Source: Orbicella franksi
Taxonomy: Eukaryota
Reading direction: 5' to 3'
DNA: 64,000 nt
NCBI GenBank assembly: GCA_964199315.1
Contig: OZ116705.1
Span: 30,442,001-30,506,000 of the forward strand
Position numbers and translations under genes: made by a program. Shown piece by piece: positions 49,958 to 62,745 of this stretch. The notes below the pieces were generated by a model, which made no database searches, was not told where the DNA came from, and saw nothing but the letters and a program-made list of their open reading frames with translations. The stretch's first letter is position 1. Each line of letters begins with the position of its first letter.

Positions 49958-50759
49958 CTGAATAAGGAAATGATGGATACCATAAAATCTCTCATAATAG
50001 GCAGTTCCTATACAATTCTGTAAATCTGTAAGGTATCTATTCCATTTAACATACTTGTACACCCCGCCCCGCCCCCTATTAATAAGGACCTTTTTTCCTG
50101 ACCCTTTCAGACAGTTTTTCCTGGAGTTACCCTTTTCCCCCTTAGGAAAAGAGCCTATTTAACAGTGGGGCTTAAGAAATTTAGCATTTTGCAGTACGGT
50201 CCTCATCAGAAAAAGTATATCCCTATAACCCTGTTGATGATGCAACTTTCTTCACTCTCCCTTAGAAATTTACTCTTGGCATTGTACCCCTTCAGACATG
50301 AACATTTTGAATGATAACCCTCAGAAAATCTTGTCTATGAGTGACCCCCTCAGAAAATGTCATTTCTAGGGAGTGGGGGTTGGAGGGTGGAGTGTGGATA
50401 TAAAATGGAGCAGCCCCTAAAAAATATGAATATATACATACCTATACATATAGTGTTTGGTAAGGCAGGTCTGAATATGGCGGCCTAAGGGCTGGTGTGG
50501 ACCTGCCATAAAATGTAACTAACCTAATATTTTACAAAGAAAGAAAATCTTAAAAAGATAAAATGTGAAATATGCAATATACAAGTTATATGCGATATAC
50601 AATGTACATATTTACAGTTATAATCGTAATGCGCATTTTCGTATTTCAGTGGCACAGTAGAAATTTGTGTACAACGATGCTTCTTCATTCACCCTGACGA
50701 AGACCGACAAGTCGGTCGAAATATAGGTGTTCTTTATAAACGTATGTTATCTTCATTTG

Positions 50760-51310
50760 TGTTTTATATATTGCTTCATGAAAACATCTACACGCATCGG
50801 ATGCTTGTGAAAGATTGTATACAACATACAATGATATACAATATGCAATATTTAATATACAGTAAACAATACATAATAAACAATGCACAACACACAATAT
50901 ACAAATTATATACAACATACAAATATTATATACTATATACTATATACAATATACAATATTACAATTTATAATATAGATAGGACCCTAAGCGTGCTCTGAT
51001 TGGTCAAAAACCCATGTTTTATCAGAGTATAAATCATAGAAAAAGCGTGTTTTATTGTTTTTCGCCCATATCATAAAGCAAACGAAGAAGCCTAAGCCGT
51101 GTATTACACTGTGACACAACACTCCGGACATTTGAGAACACTCGAGAAATCTAGAAAACGCTCGCCTGCAACTCGTTTTTTCTCTACATTTCCCTTGTGT
51201 TCTCAAATGCCCATTGTGTTTTATCACAGTTTAATACACGGCTTAGGCTACAATAATACAACATACAATATACAACATAAAATATAAAATATGAAAATAT
51301 AGAATAATAG
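50760..51310. repeat. AT-rich low-complexity (ATAC/ATAT) tracts flanking an interspersed repeat
   Basis: Repeated acaatata/tacaacata words at 50820-50970 and 51250-51310. Confidence 0.55.
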
Positions 51311-52295
51311 TAATAAAAACGCAGCCTCGGGCAGCATTTTCAAGACCTCGGTCACAGTTTTTCACTCTACGGACCGACCATAAGCCGGCGAATAACATAT
51401 ATTTAGAACTCGTTTAATTTTGAAGGTAAAACGATCGACACCTAAATTTCAGAATCGAACAAACTCCTAATATTCAACGTTTAAGAAATTTTTATTAGTG
51501 AATAGTCCATGTCATATTTTTTTGTTGACCATTTTGCGAGCTGCGCAAAATTTGAGAGGAAAAAAGCCCTGTCTATTGAGATCTGTATTTTTCGGATGTG
51601 GTTTCAATAAAGGAGAATTTTAGCATTTTTGCTGGCGAATTCCGTTCTTTTTCGGAGAGTCCATGTCCGGCAGTCAGAAAATTTTCCATTTGCGACTATG
51701 TAGTTACAAGTATTAAGAACTAACCGTAAACAGGCTAACCGGTATGCCATTCAGGCTAACCGTAGCGACTTTCGCGCTAAACGGAGTGCTTTTCGGCCCA
51801 ACTGGACACCGGAGTATTACACTTCGTTCAATAAAATACTCTATGTCCGTTAGCAGTGAATATCACTCTGGTTAGCCTTTATAATGGCGCACTGGTTCCT
51901 GTTCACGGTAACGCAATGTAATAGGAAAATGTTGTGACTGGCGGGCTCAGATTATCTTAAAAACGTTGCTCTCGGCCAGCGTTTTTCGTTTATGTCGTTT
52001 ATGGATTAAAACTCCTTGTCTATGCTTAGAAAAATTGTTTTTTTTTTACGCGCGCGAGCACTAGCACGAGCAAAACATCAAAGCAGCGTCATAAACGACA
52101 GCATGTCTTTAGTGTGTAGTTTACCATAGAAACCAGCACTTGTGTACGGACAAGCTTGCTTTCATCAAGGAGAGAATTCAAGTAATCTATTCGTTCGCGA
52201 TTGAGTTTTATTTGGTTGCTTCATCAAGATTGAACATTCTGTCTGAGATTAAGCAACAGGTTACAAACAAAGCAAATTTATCTGGAGAAAATAAG

Positions 52296-55200
52296 ATGAA
52301 TGCTAATCCGATTTTGGGATCGGGACTACGATCGAGGAAGCGAAAGGCGAAATCTGAGCCCCTTCCGGGAAAGCGAAAACGGGCAGAGGAAGGGGTGAGT
52401 TAAGATTTAGCTTACGGAATCCTTAAAAGAATGTGTTAACAGACTGAATTAGAATCAATGGCAGAAGCTTAGCTTCTGATCGAGGTAATTAGAAGGTATT
52501 TTAAAATCGATTGAAAGCCACTTTTATACTTGCGAGCCGGTGCGGTACAGGGCGTGTACGAAAGAATGTTTCATCTTTCCACATTTTTTTGGAGCGTTAA
52601 AATATTTGCACAATGCCGGAGAGAGGAGGTTTTGCAATGGTTTCTTAACACCAACTTAAAATTGAATTTTTCTTATATTTTTACAGAATTTCCTCGTCAA
52701 AAGACAATACAAAAGCAGTCCTCGCCTTTCAAGGTAAGAACACAAAACTCAGCCGTCAAATTCTAACAAATATACGCTTCTTTTTTTCTAAATCTTCGCT
52801 TCTTTTTTCTCAGGAGAAACCATTTGAGATGCGAAGGCAAAAAACCAAAGAATACTTATTCAAATAAGAATACACGATGTGATGAATCGTCCCTCGATTG
52901 CGAGGTAAGATAAACTAAAGTTTTTTTTTTCTAGTATCGATGTAAAAAGATGTTTCATACTTCGTACATGCCAGTGCTATTTCTGACATTTGAAAATACA
53001 AGTGAAAGAGGGTAAACCAAGTAAAAACCATCTCTACAACCAGGTTGGTTGTAGAAACTGTGGCTGCTTCCCATACTGGTATAAAGTAAGCTTAACTTTT
53101 AAATAGTCATTTGTAAATTGATCCACATGAAAAAATGCTAGAACAATACAAGATCACTAACCTGAACAGATTTGAACAACTGACGACAGTGAAAAATCAT
53201 TTCGCCATAAAATCCAACCAACAGAACCTTTTTACACTTGCACGAAGCATGATGTCGTAAGTGAGAAAATTCTGCGTAAATGAAAGTTGTTGTAAGCTAA
53301 TAAGTCCAGAGAACTAGTAAAATAACTTCTGCAATTGTGAAGTACGTTCTTACCATCCCAGTCAAAATTTTTCAGGATCCATGCTATTCATGTCGCCGTA
53401 GATATTAAAAACTTTGTCTGATCTGAATGAAAAGCAGTAGCGAAGAACGGGAATTAGCTTTGGCGGCCATGAATTTCTTCGACCTCATGATTCTGTCCAG
53501 ATTCTGTCTAAGCCTTCGAGTCATTTAACATAAACGATCTCAATTAATTCAATTAAAAGCTGAAGTTCAACTTTTACCTTCCTTACAAGCCATAAGCCGA
53601 TTATTTTTCCTTGCCAATGAAACAAAGCCGTTGAATGTTGAAGTACACTTTGAACTTCGTTCTAAGCCAACTAAATGCAGGACGCGAGGCGCTCAGCCAA
53701 TCAGGAACAAAGAAGTCTTAAGATGGACTTCAAGCGGAAGACCAATCAGAATTCAGTAAATTTTCCCCCGTCATTTGAACTTGTTGTATGATGTCAGGCA
53801 CGCTGTTAGAAATGTTTTGAAAACACTGCTTCTATTTTCCTTTGAAATGTCAGCAAAGCTATTCTTTCATTTCGCATTGATTAAGTAAGGTTTCTCTCTA
53901 CAGGGAAGAGGCTTCTTAAACGAGGAAAACCGATCTTTATCAGGATGTTGCACCCCAGAAAAATCCAGTTACGAGAAGCGAGCATCTAGAAAGCGAAAAG
54001 CAGTTTCTGACCCACTTCCGACGAAACGAAAGCGTACAGAGAACAGGGTAAGCAAAACAGAACTCGGTTTGCTGCAGAATACTTAAGGTTACAGTATACC
54101 TTCAGATCGGCAATTTTTTTCAAATTTGGATTTTTGGTTCAAAGTAATGGTCGAAGAGTAATCTCTAATTTCTGAAAACAAAATTGAAAAAAACGTAATA
54201 TTGGCGGAGAAATAGAGGTTTTACGTTATGGCCGGAAGTAAAAGTTCCCTCTTGATTGACAGCCGTATAACGTGTATGCAATCAACCGAGACTACTTTCG
54301 CGGGAATATTACCGATATGGATACCACGAATTGGCTGGCTACTCAGTTAATCAGCATTGTTAATCCAAGCATTTTTCGTATTAGATGTAATTCTATTACG
54401 TTATAAGTAAACATGGACCACGGAAAACTCCGTTGACCAGTTCGAAAAAGCGAAGAATGAATGAAAATACATCAATGAGTGAAGAAGCGAAAGTTGGCCT
54501 CGCGGATGAAGCTACGGACGTATCAAGCGGGCAAAAAGATCGAGTCAAGAGAAGAGAAAGGTTGTGTAAAATTTGGGAACTCGACAGCGATAACAGCGAT
54601 GTTAACAGTGACTCTTTTGTTGAGTTCGATACCGATGAATCGTCCAACTCATTGAGATCCATTGGAATATTATCCATGCACATTTGCTCTGCCGCGCTTT
54701 CTTTAGTTTGTTCTCGTCGCCCAGCTACTCTAGCGTTCGTATCCTTTTTCGTCTTCCCTAATTTGCCAAACCAGCTTCAAGAAAAACCCAGCTACAGAAA
54801 AATTATCTCTCCGCCTTGAGTGCATTGCGAAACGCAAGGGTTTTTTGGAGATTCACACGTGAATTTCACCGCCAGTTAATGGTAGTAAATTTTCCAAGCG
54901 CTGATTGGCTCAGTGATCTGAGAACCCAGTTGAAGGCGTTTCTGGGCGGAGTTTGTTTGCGAAGTAAGATATTTTTCTTAGCGCTGTTTTCTCGAATAAC
55001 TTTTTTCGCCTGAAGCAGACACTTTAAAGAGTTACAACTCAAAAGGAATTTGTTTGTTTGCCTTCAAATTTGGACAGTAGCTAGATTAACATATAAAAAA
55101 CAAAAACGTGTCTGCGAATTGTTTATTTCGAAATATTTTTTCTCCGAGAGCGATTTTTGTACGATCACTTCACATCTTTTAAATCCTATTTCGAAAATGT

Positions 55201-58200
55201 TCTGTAACTTTTTATTGCAATTGAATATGGAAAAACGCAGACACGCTTTTTTAGCGCTTTTTGTCCTGAAACCGAGGAAAAAAATAAATTGGCGAAAAAC
55301 AAAATTCGCTTTGACTTGTAGCTTCCAAAAGGTGATTAGGACGCTTGCATTTAGTGGCCGTGAAAAAATCGGCAATTCATTTTATTTCAAAATTTTTGGT
55401 ATGGTTTGATAGCCAGCTCTATACGCTTTAATTTGATATAGGGGCTTAGGTATCTACAGCTTAAATCGGACGCGTTACATCGCTTGGACGCGAGACACCC
55501 CTGAAGGTATACGGTAACCTTAAGGAAACAATTAAGCTCAATGTTTTAGTTGACAAGGAAGCGAGTACTTCATAAGTTTTTTTGTTATATCCTTACAGGA
55601 TGTTCTCAAAGTACGTCAATACAACAGCAGTTCGAAATTATTGAGGTGAGAGCAAAAACAGCAACCTACAAATTCTGACAAATGCGCTCTTTTATCTCAC
55701 TAATCAAGAGTGTCTTGCATTAACTTTGTTTCTACTTTCTTGCCTCAGAAGAAAGAAATTAAGACGTGAAGGCAGCAGGCCTAAGAATGGTCACCCACAG
55801 CCGAAAAACAATGGTTGTGAATTTTCCCTCGATTATGGAGTACGTACTTTAACTTCAAAATTGCTTTAAATTGCATATCATGTTCGATCTGTAATATTTG
55901 TTCTGTCGTATTGACTGGATAATGTGAATTTTATTCTTTCAGGAGAATGACTCGTTAAACGACGAAAATCGATCACTGCCTGGATGTTACACTCCTGAAG
56001 ATTCCGATTTTGTCGAAGACGTCAAAAATTCAGAACCACCTGAGTATGTCAAGCAACTTGCTAATACTGGTATGTGAAACAGTTTCTCCGGCGTATATTG
56101 CCAATTTTCATCACAAATAACAGCTACTCAACAGACATGATATCAGGGATAAATGAGAACCGAGAAATTAAATGCAGAGGGGTAACCCTGCGATGGACTG
56201 ACATCCTATTCATGGGGAAGTAGAAATACTCCTAGTCGCTTCATGCTACAGAAGCCGGAGATAAACGCCGGCCCGATGGGCCACTAGGCTCATATGCAGT
56301 CTTTATCTTACTTATAAAACAGAAGCGAGGGCCGTATTGAGTGAATATTTTCACCAGGTCTTGACATTTCTGATCGAGCAAAATTAAGCGAGTTCGGTCC
56401 AAAATGCCTATGGTTAGGGCCGATATTCTCCCAGTAAGCGGTCTCAATTAAGCTTAGTTAATCACGAACATACAAGCGTAATAGAACCGTATTCTTATTA
56501 TTTACTTATTTATTTGTAAATTTCAGCTGATTTTGCTAACTTCGAGATAGGCACACTCCTTGGAACTGGTTCATTTGGAGAGGTCGTCGCTGCAACACGC
56601 AAGAAAGACAATGTGCCGGTATGTTCATTTAATGTTGGTTTCTTCTTCATCAAATGATCACCGTGATGATTCGATTTGGAGGGGGACCATGTGCCTTTTG
56701 AGGGAGGGGTGGGTGATTTTGAAAAGCAAATAGCTTGCAAGCAAATCATACTTTATCCAAAAAAATTCATGTACACCACCCTGAATTCCGAAATAAAAAA
56801 TCCACGCTCGTTCAGTGTGCTGATATAAGCATGTTACACAAAAAATATTATGCATACACACGAACAGAGAAAAAAATGTCCTAGTGCATGAAAGCTTTAA
56901 AAGAAAAAAAAACATTCAACTCTGATTGTAGCTAATCACACACGCACACACCTCTCCTCAAAAGTGTTAAATGGCCCACCCCTTAACTCCCTCCTTCCTA
57001 TAAGCGACCCTAAAGCAAACGTGACTTTCAAGACATTGACACAGAATAGATTGATTAAAATAATAAAATACGAAGAGTATGAAAAAGGGTAGTAATTTTG
57101 TTTTGTTTTCAGGTGGCGCTTAAATTTGTAAAGAGGAATTCAGTGTCCGAGTATAAAAAGGTTAGTAACGGTCACAACAACATCAACAACAACAACAGCA
57201 ACAACAACGACGACGACGACGACGACGACAATAACAACAACAAGAATTGCTTATTTTCCGCCTTATTTCGAAAGATCTCAAATTTACCCCAAAGGGGTAA
57301 ATTTTAAAACTAGAAAGAAGAGCAAACTTATATTTCAGCTCCGACGAAGGGCTAAAGCCTTAAACTTCAGCTTTCGCCAGGGATAGCTAAGTATATCAAT
57401 TCCTCACCCTCCCTCCCCTCTCTTGTTATAGCTGAATGGGCGACTGATCCCCGCCGAGGCGTATCTGCAACGTCTAGCACGTCACCGCCACGTCATCAAA
57501 ATCTACCAGCTAATCTTCACAGACGAATTTTACTGTTTCGTAATGGAGCGACCGGAAGAATGCAAGGACTTGTTTGACATTATACAAGACCGAAATAACG
57601 AGAACAAGCCGCTAACAGAGAAAGAAGTTAGGAGGTACTTCGCCCAAATCTTAGAGGCCAACATTAAGTGCGAAGACAGAGGTGTCGTTCATAGAGACAT
57701 CAAACCAGAAAATATTTTGGTGGACATGCGCACTGATGAAGCCAAGTTAATTGATTTTGGGTTGGCATCTGAGATCCAGAGAGAACCTTTCACGACATTT
57801 AGAGGTAAACTGAAATTGTTCCGGAGATGTTCCTTTTAGTTCAAATAAAGGCACTGTGTAGACTTCACAAGAAGGCATTAATTATCTTGTGCGAGTTAAA
57901 ACTTTTAACAATTCGATTATGAGCTCGAGATTTCTATCGCTTAATAGATGACGAGAGCGCAGCCCGAGTCAGCTATCACGCATAGAAATCGACAGCGAAT
58001 AATCTAGTTGTTTTAGAATAAACCTACTAGTCGTTCAAAACGCTAGCTGATTCCTCTTCACAGACACTTCGAAAACACAAAGAAGCGGCCGCCATTTTTG
58101 TAACAACCGCAAACTGCTAGGCTGCTCACTATCTACAACAGAATAGCTAGTGAGTAGCGTAGCCAATCAGAGAACGGCATTCGTGATAGAACGCTGGTAA

Positions 58201-59887
58201 ATTTATACTAAGTTAGAATAGAGCCGCAATGTACGGGCTTTAAACTTCTAACGGGCATAATCTTTTCATTCAACGTATTGTTCGGGCCGCTTTGATTTCG
58301 TGGTGCAAGCCTAGTGAAATTATCGAGACAACCATCTTCAACCTGGTCAAAATTATAACGTCTAGTAAATTAATTGCATTGTGTCGTATTATTTAGAGAG
58401 TTTGTTTAAGTTTTGGTCTCCAGATACGGAAAAATTGCAGCATTTGTTGTCTTAACTACTGTAAATGGTTCAAACAAAACGGACTTACTCCCCGTTAACA
58501 ATACGTCGGAGAGATTTGAAAACGCCGGCTTTGCGTTTTGGTGTGGACGGAAAACAGGAAAAAAGGACCTTTTTGAAAACGATGAGATCACAAAAATCAT
58601 TTGACTTCTCTGTCCGAGTTTTGTTCAAACACAAATCCAAAATGACTGGTGATTGTTGCGTTTTCAACTTTCCCCGGCGTAGTGTGGACGGAAAAGATTT
58701 AATGCGTTTTCAGCCGAAATGAAAACCCCGTTTTCAAATTTGGACGGGGCCTAAATAAATTTACCTGTACTTAGTTAATTGTCATTCACATCAAGGACTG
58801 CAAAACTGTCTTGAAGACTTGGTGGTATCCAAGAGGAACGAAGAAGTAAAATGACCCGATAGGATTAATCACGCTATTATTTCTTTTTCAACCAGGTACC
58901 AATCAATACATGCCTCCTGAATTCATAAAATCAAGGAAATACGACGGCTGCCAGGGCACCGTGTGGCAAATGGGAATCCTCCTGGTAGATATGTTGTCTC
59001 CCGTCGTGACTGCGTTTGAGAAACCTAACCACGCACTTTGCATGGCTCCTAGAGTGCCACAGCAGTTTTCTCCAGGTATTTAACAATTATCTTCCTATTG
59101 GTCCTTCTGAAGTCATCACATCCTCATTGCCTGAGTCCGAGCTTCTAAGAATCACGACCTATAAACAGGTGCAATATCGGAAGTCCATGATTCACGAACT
59201 TCCGGTGAAATCTGAGAAATTTAACTTCCGGTCAAAATCTGCCAAATGTTACTTCAGGTTAGATTTGATAAATCTGATTGGCTGAGAATAACAAAAGGAT
59301 TCTCTGTGTATGCGCAGAACTTCGGGTCCAGGCAGAGGTCACGGTTCTTGGCGCTGATCAAAAGGAACGCTGTCTTAGCTTTTCGGGACGACCTGAGAAA
59401 GAAATCATCACAGTGCTCACGCCATTATGATATTCTGACTTCAAACATGCGCATGCGCAAACGGTCGTTGTCTTCACTAGTCTGTTTCAGAGCCAGAGGC
59501 TCGTGTTACTTAGCACCAAGAAATCGAGACTCTGGGAGAAATCGGAAGGCGAGCTAGCATCACAGCAGTTAATTGCTCTACGCATGTTCCTGAGATGATT
59601 TCAGTACAGTTCCATTCTCATCCCCAGTGCTGCTCGTTTTAAAATGTCGTTCACTGACAACGTGACGAGGCTCTGGGAACGAGAATAGAACAGGCCCCCT
59701 AAAGAAGGGTTAAAAAACAGGGACTCTCAAGGTTTCATTTCCTTTCACTTTCAGTTTAAATATTTCATTTTTTTTCTTCTACACAGAGGTGAAGAATCTC
59801 GTCGCCACACTGTTAAACACAACACCCGACAACCGGCCAACTCTGAAACAAGTTCTACAGCATCCTTGGTTCACCATGACAGACTAA
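52296..59887 (+). CDS. PIM-family-like Ser/Thr kinase with a ~215-aa repeat-derived N-terminal extension, 12 exons, 479 aa
   Basis: Exons: 52296-52394, 52687-52733, 52814-52904, 53904-54047, 55599-55645, 55749-55839, 55943-56069, 56527-56618, 57113-57160, 57432-57804, 58896-59075, 59787-59887; 1440 nt, phase-compatible. Motifs: GTGSFG, VALK, PIM-type hinge MERPE, HRDIKPEN, DFG, GTNQYMPPE, HPWF. The N-terminal exons are less certain than the kinase exons. Confidence 0.85.
54087..55519. mobile_element. Non-autonomous Kolobok-like element, 1433 bp, TTAA target duplication, in kinase intron 4
   Basis: TTAA|GGTTACAGTATACCTTCAG ... CTGAAGGTATACGGTAACC|TTAA: a 19-bp TIR with one mismatch. Confidence 0.8.
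56170..56305 (+). mobile_element. SINE 3' half (5'-truncated)
   Basis: ggggtaaccctgcgatggact...ctcctagtcgcttcatgctacagaa...gatgggccact. Confidence 0.75.
57174..57243 (+). repeat. Compound (AAC)n(GAC)n microsatellite
   Basis: Directly visible 13 nt after the exon 9 donor. Confidence 0.9.
58405..58752. mobile_element. MITE related to 2553-2860
   Basis: Shares gaaaacgccggctt...gtggacggaaaac and ends ggacggggcc|taa. Confidence 0.55.
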
Positions 59888-61695
59888 GCTACTTTCTAAA
59901 ACCTGTGCCTTCTTCATCAACAAGACCCGCTCTAGGGCGTCCACCAAACTTACATCTGTCCGGTTTCAGAACTTATTCACGAGTGAACGTTCATAATTAC
60001 AGACTCCAAACATACATGCCTATATGCCCGACTGTTTGTTGCTTGCTGACAAAGTAGCAAGCAAAAAGACTGTTAACGTTTAAAAGTGTAATGAAGTGGA
60101 GTATGTCTCCAAAGTAAGTCAAGAATTGTTGTTAGATGGTCATGAAATGGAGACGCTTTAAATCGATTACGAGAATATTCAGTTGTATTGTGATACAGAA
60201 TCAGCCTCTAAAAGACTTCTGAATGGTTTGATGTAGAATTGGAGATATCCGTTAAAAGGATCAATCCAATAGTTACACGTAAAGTGAAATGAAAAGCGTC
60301 CCAAAAGAAAAGGATTCTAAAAATAGTTGCATAGTGAAAAGGAGTCTGCCTATAAATATCTTTAATTTAAGATACGATTGAAGGAACAGTGCAGTAATTT
60401 TCATGACAAATAATATGATATTTTCGGACAACCAAGCTAAATTATAAACCTGAAAACGCTGTATAAATCAATTTAAAAAGAAGTATTTATTTAAAATAGA
60501 GCAGTGTCTCAAAGTAATATGGACGAAAATATATTAAGTATTAATTATATGTAAATAAAACAACGTTTTGTTACACTTTAGAGTGCTTTTCAGACGACTG
60601 TCGTAACAAAGTGAAGTTTCAATGACCCATCACAACTAAAGTAGCAAGTTTGGCTTTTGTTACTCGGTCGCGAGTACAGCGCAATCAAAAGCGCACTGTT
60701 CTACTTTTTACGTGTCCATGCATGGAGTTACGGGTACCCTGATATACGTATGTGAGGAACCAAAGGGTAAATGGATTTTAAGCTATTTTGATCTGAAAAA
60801 GCGTATAGATTTTCACCATTTTGGTCTGAAATAGGGTACGTTTTTCCCTCTGGCTTGAAATTGGGTATTTTATTTTGCAAGGAACTATTTTTTCCACATC
60901 AACATCGGCAAATTTGTAGCCCTTCTCAAATGTTGACGGAAATGGAACCCAATTCTGGTTAGCTGCGGTCATATATTAGAGCAGTGTACTAATTTTAGAG
61001 GTCTGAAATGGGGTATCGATTTTTCGCTCAGGTCTGAAATAGGATATGGAAAATTACACATTTGGGTCTAAATAATGATACTGGAGTCCAGATTCGGGCC
61101 ACACACCCTTACCAAAACTGTGGGGAGAACCACCTTATACTCCCCTTCCCCCAAGACGGTTAACAAGCGTGAATATTTGCATGGGAGCTGAAACGACAAA
61201 AGATCACGGTGACAAAAATATCCGAAAGCAATTTGTCGGTTGTTCCAAAGCTTCACTTCTATGTCCCTAGTGCTATGTAAGCGCTAGCTAGCTCACAGAT
61301 TGATCAACTCGAAGTTATTGTTGTAAAATTTCAACTAACTGCGGCGGGTAAATTGTCTTAATTGAGACGGATCAATGTCCTGTTGAACTGCGCACACTCT
61401 TCCCCTTGAAATTGCTGCAAAAAGAACCACATCCTTTTCATACGGTTACAATTTTTTAATATTACTCTACTTCTGCCAGGATATCTGTCCATCTAAGTAA
61501 ACTAGGGGTGATTATAACTGGTTGTCCGTTTACAATTACGAATCGGCTACAAAATCATTTAACATATATGAGGTATTAACCTATATTTTAGTTTCATAAC
61601 TGTGGAAATGTTTGGTTTGACAAACCGATCTAGAATAATGCATCAAACGGATGAGTGAATATTCAAGAGGTTCACGGCTTAGAAATCATGCAAAA

Positions 61696-62253
61696 TCACT
61701 GTACTGCATCACGATGGTCTGTGGATGGTGCAGTTGAATTATAAATTCGATTTAAGCGTTCCATTATTTCTCCGATGATAATGATTTGAGGATGTCCTAC
61801 AAACATGTCCACGTTATGCTTGACAATCTTTCAACAGCAATATTGATACAAAACTAAGTCAACTATATTGTCAAAATCGATAACTGAATACTGCATTAAT
61901 TGTATAAAATCACCCAAACTGAAGTTTATCGGCGACATACCGCAACTGAGATTGACGTTTACATATTTTAAGTTTTTAAATCGGTCTACGATGCTTTTAG
62001 CACAGTTCTTAATCATTTTGTGTCCTCGATGCTGCTTTGTGTTCAAGAAGGCTTGGAAATTCAGAAGTGGTTCTGGACTTGGTAAACGCCAGGATGTGCG
62101 GCTGGGTTTACTGTGACTGTCTTGTGATATCTTTGTGAGATCAAACGAGTACAAGCCTTCTTTGCTTCCTGTCCGGTTGATGGATGCCACAATATCTTAC
62201 TCCAATGAACGGGATGGCACAGTACCATACTTCAGTGAACAGAATAGCCACCT
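61696..62253 (-). pseudogene. Unidentified spliceable coding-like exons with an in-frame stop
   Basis: Exon ~61941-62253 (TAA at 62197-62199) joins exon 61696-61796 through a GT-AG phase-1 intron: ...KNLKYVNVNLSC-GHPQIIIIGEIMERLNRIY...AVQ*. No family recognised. Confidence 0.35.
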
Positions 62254-62374
62254 CTAAAGTGGATGCATGCGTTTAAAGGATTTCCAAGCAATGATTGTCC
62301 AGAAGATTACAGCTTCAGCGAGTTCACTGATCAAGCTAAAATGTCTGAAATTCAACTCAGTTGAGATAAAAGGT

Positions 62375-62745
62375 AGTTTAAGAAAACCACAACTGCAACG
62401 GCAACGGGAACATCGCTAAACAAAAGGTTTAATAAGCAATACAGTGACTTTGCACGTGCGTTATAATTCTTTGTACATTTCTTTGCCATCCTCTGTAAAA
62501 CATCAAAGTGAAATGACCAAATTCTGCGTTGTGTGGATAATGTCAACCACGACGGATAATTTTTGAAATTTATATTTAATTTCGAATTTTACGCTGTGTT
62601 CCATATTCATTTTCGAGTTTTGACGAAGAGAAACAAAGTAAATGACTTGAGAGTATCGCGAGATTCGAAGGTTAGATATAAATTTATTTTTTAATCGACG
62701 TTGTCCTCGGCATCACCGTCGTCGTTACTTAATTAAACTCCCTTA
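62375..62745. mobile_element. Interspersed repeat family, also at ~6990-7135 and ~46930-47215
   Basis: Shared aaatgaccaaattct...accacgacgg...gagtatcgcga-attc...tttttaatcgac. Confidence 0.6.

Noticed and set aside
49958-50062. Possible upstream LDAH exon (IGTAYYERFY) with a GTATCC donor
   Set aside because: The intron would be only ~25 nt, the donor GTATCCAT misses the U12 consensus, and the peptide lacks LDAH motifs.
54433-54819. 128-aa acidic ORF in the kinase intron
   Set aside because: It lies inside the TIR element and has no recognisable transposase or other motif. At most a TE remnant.
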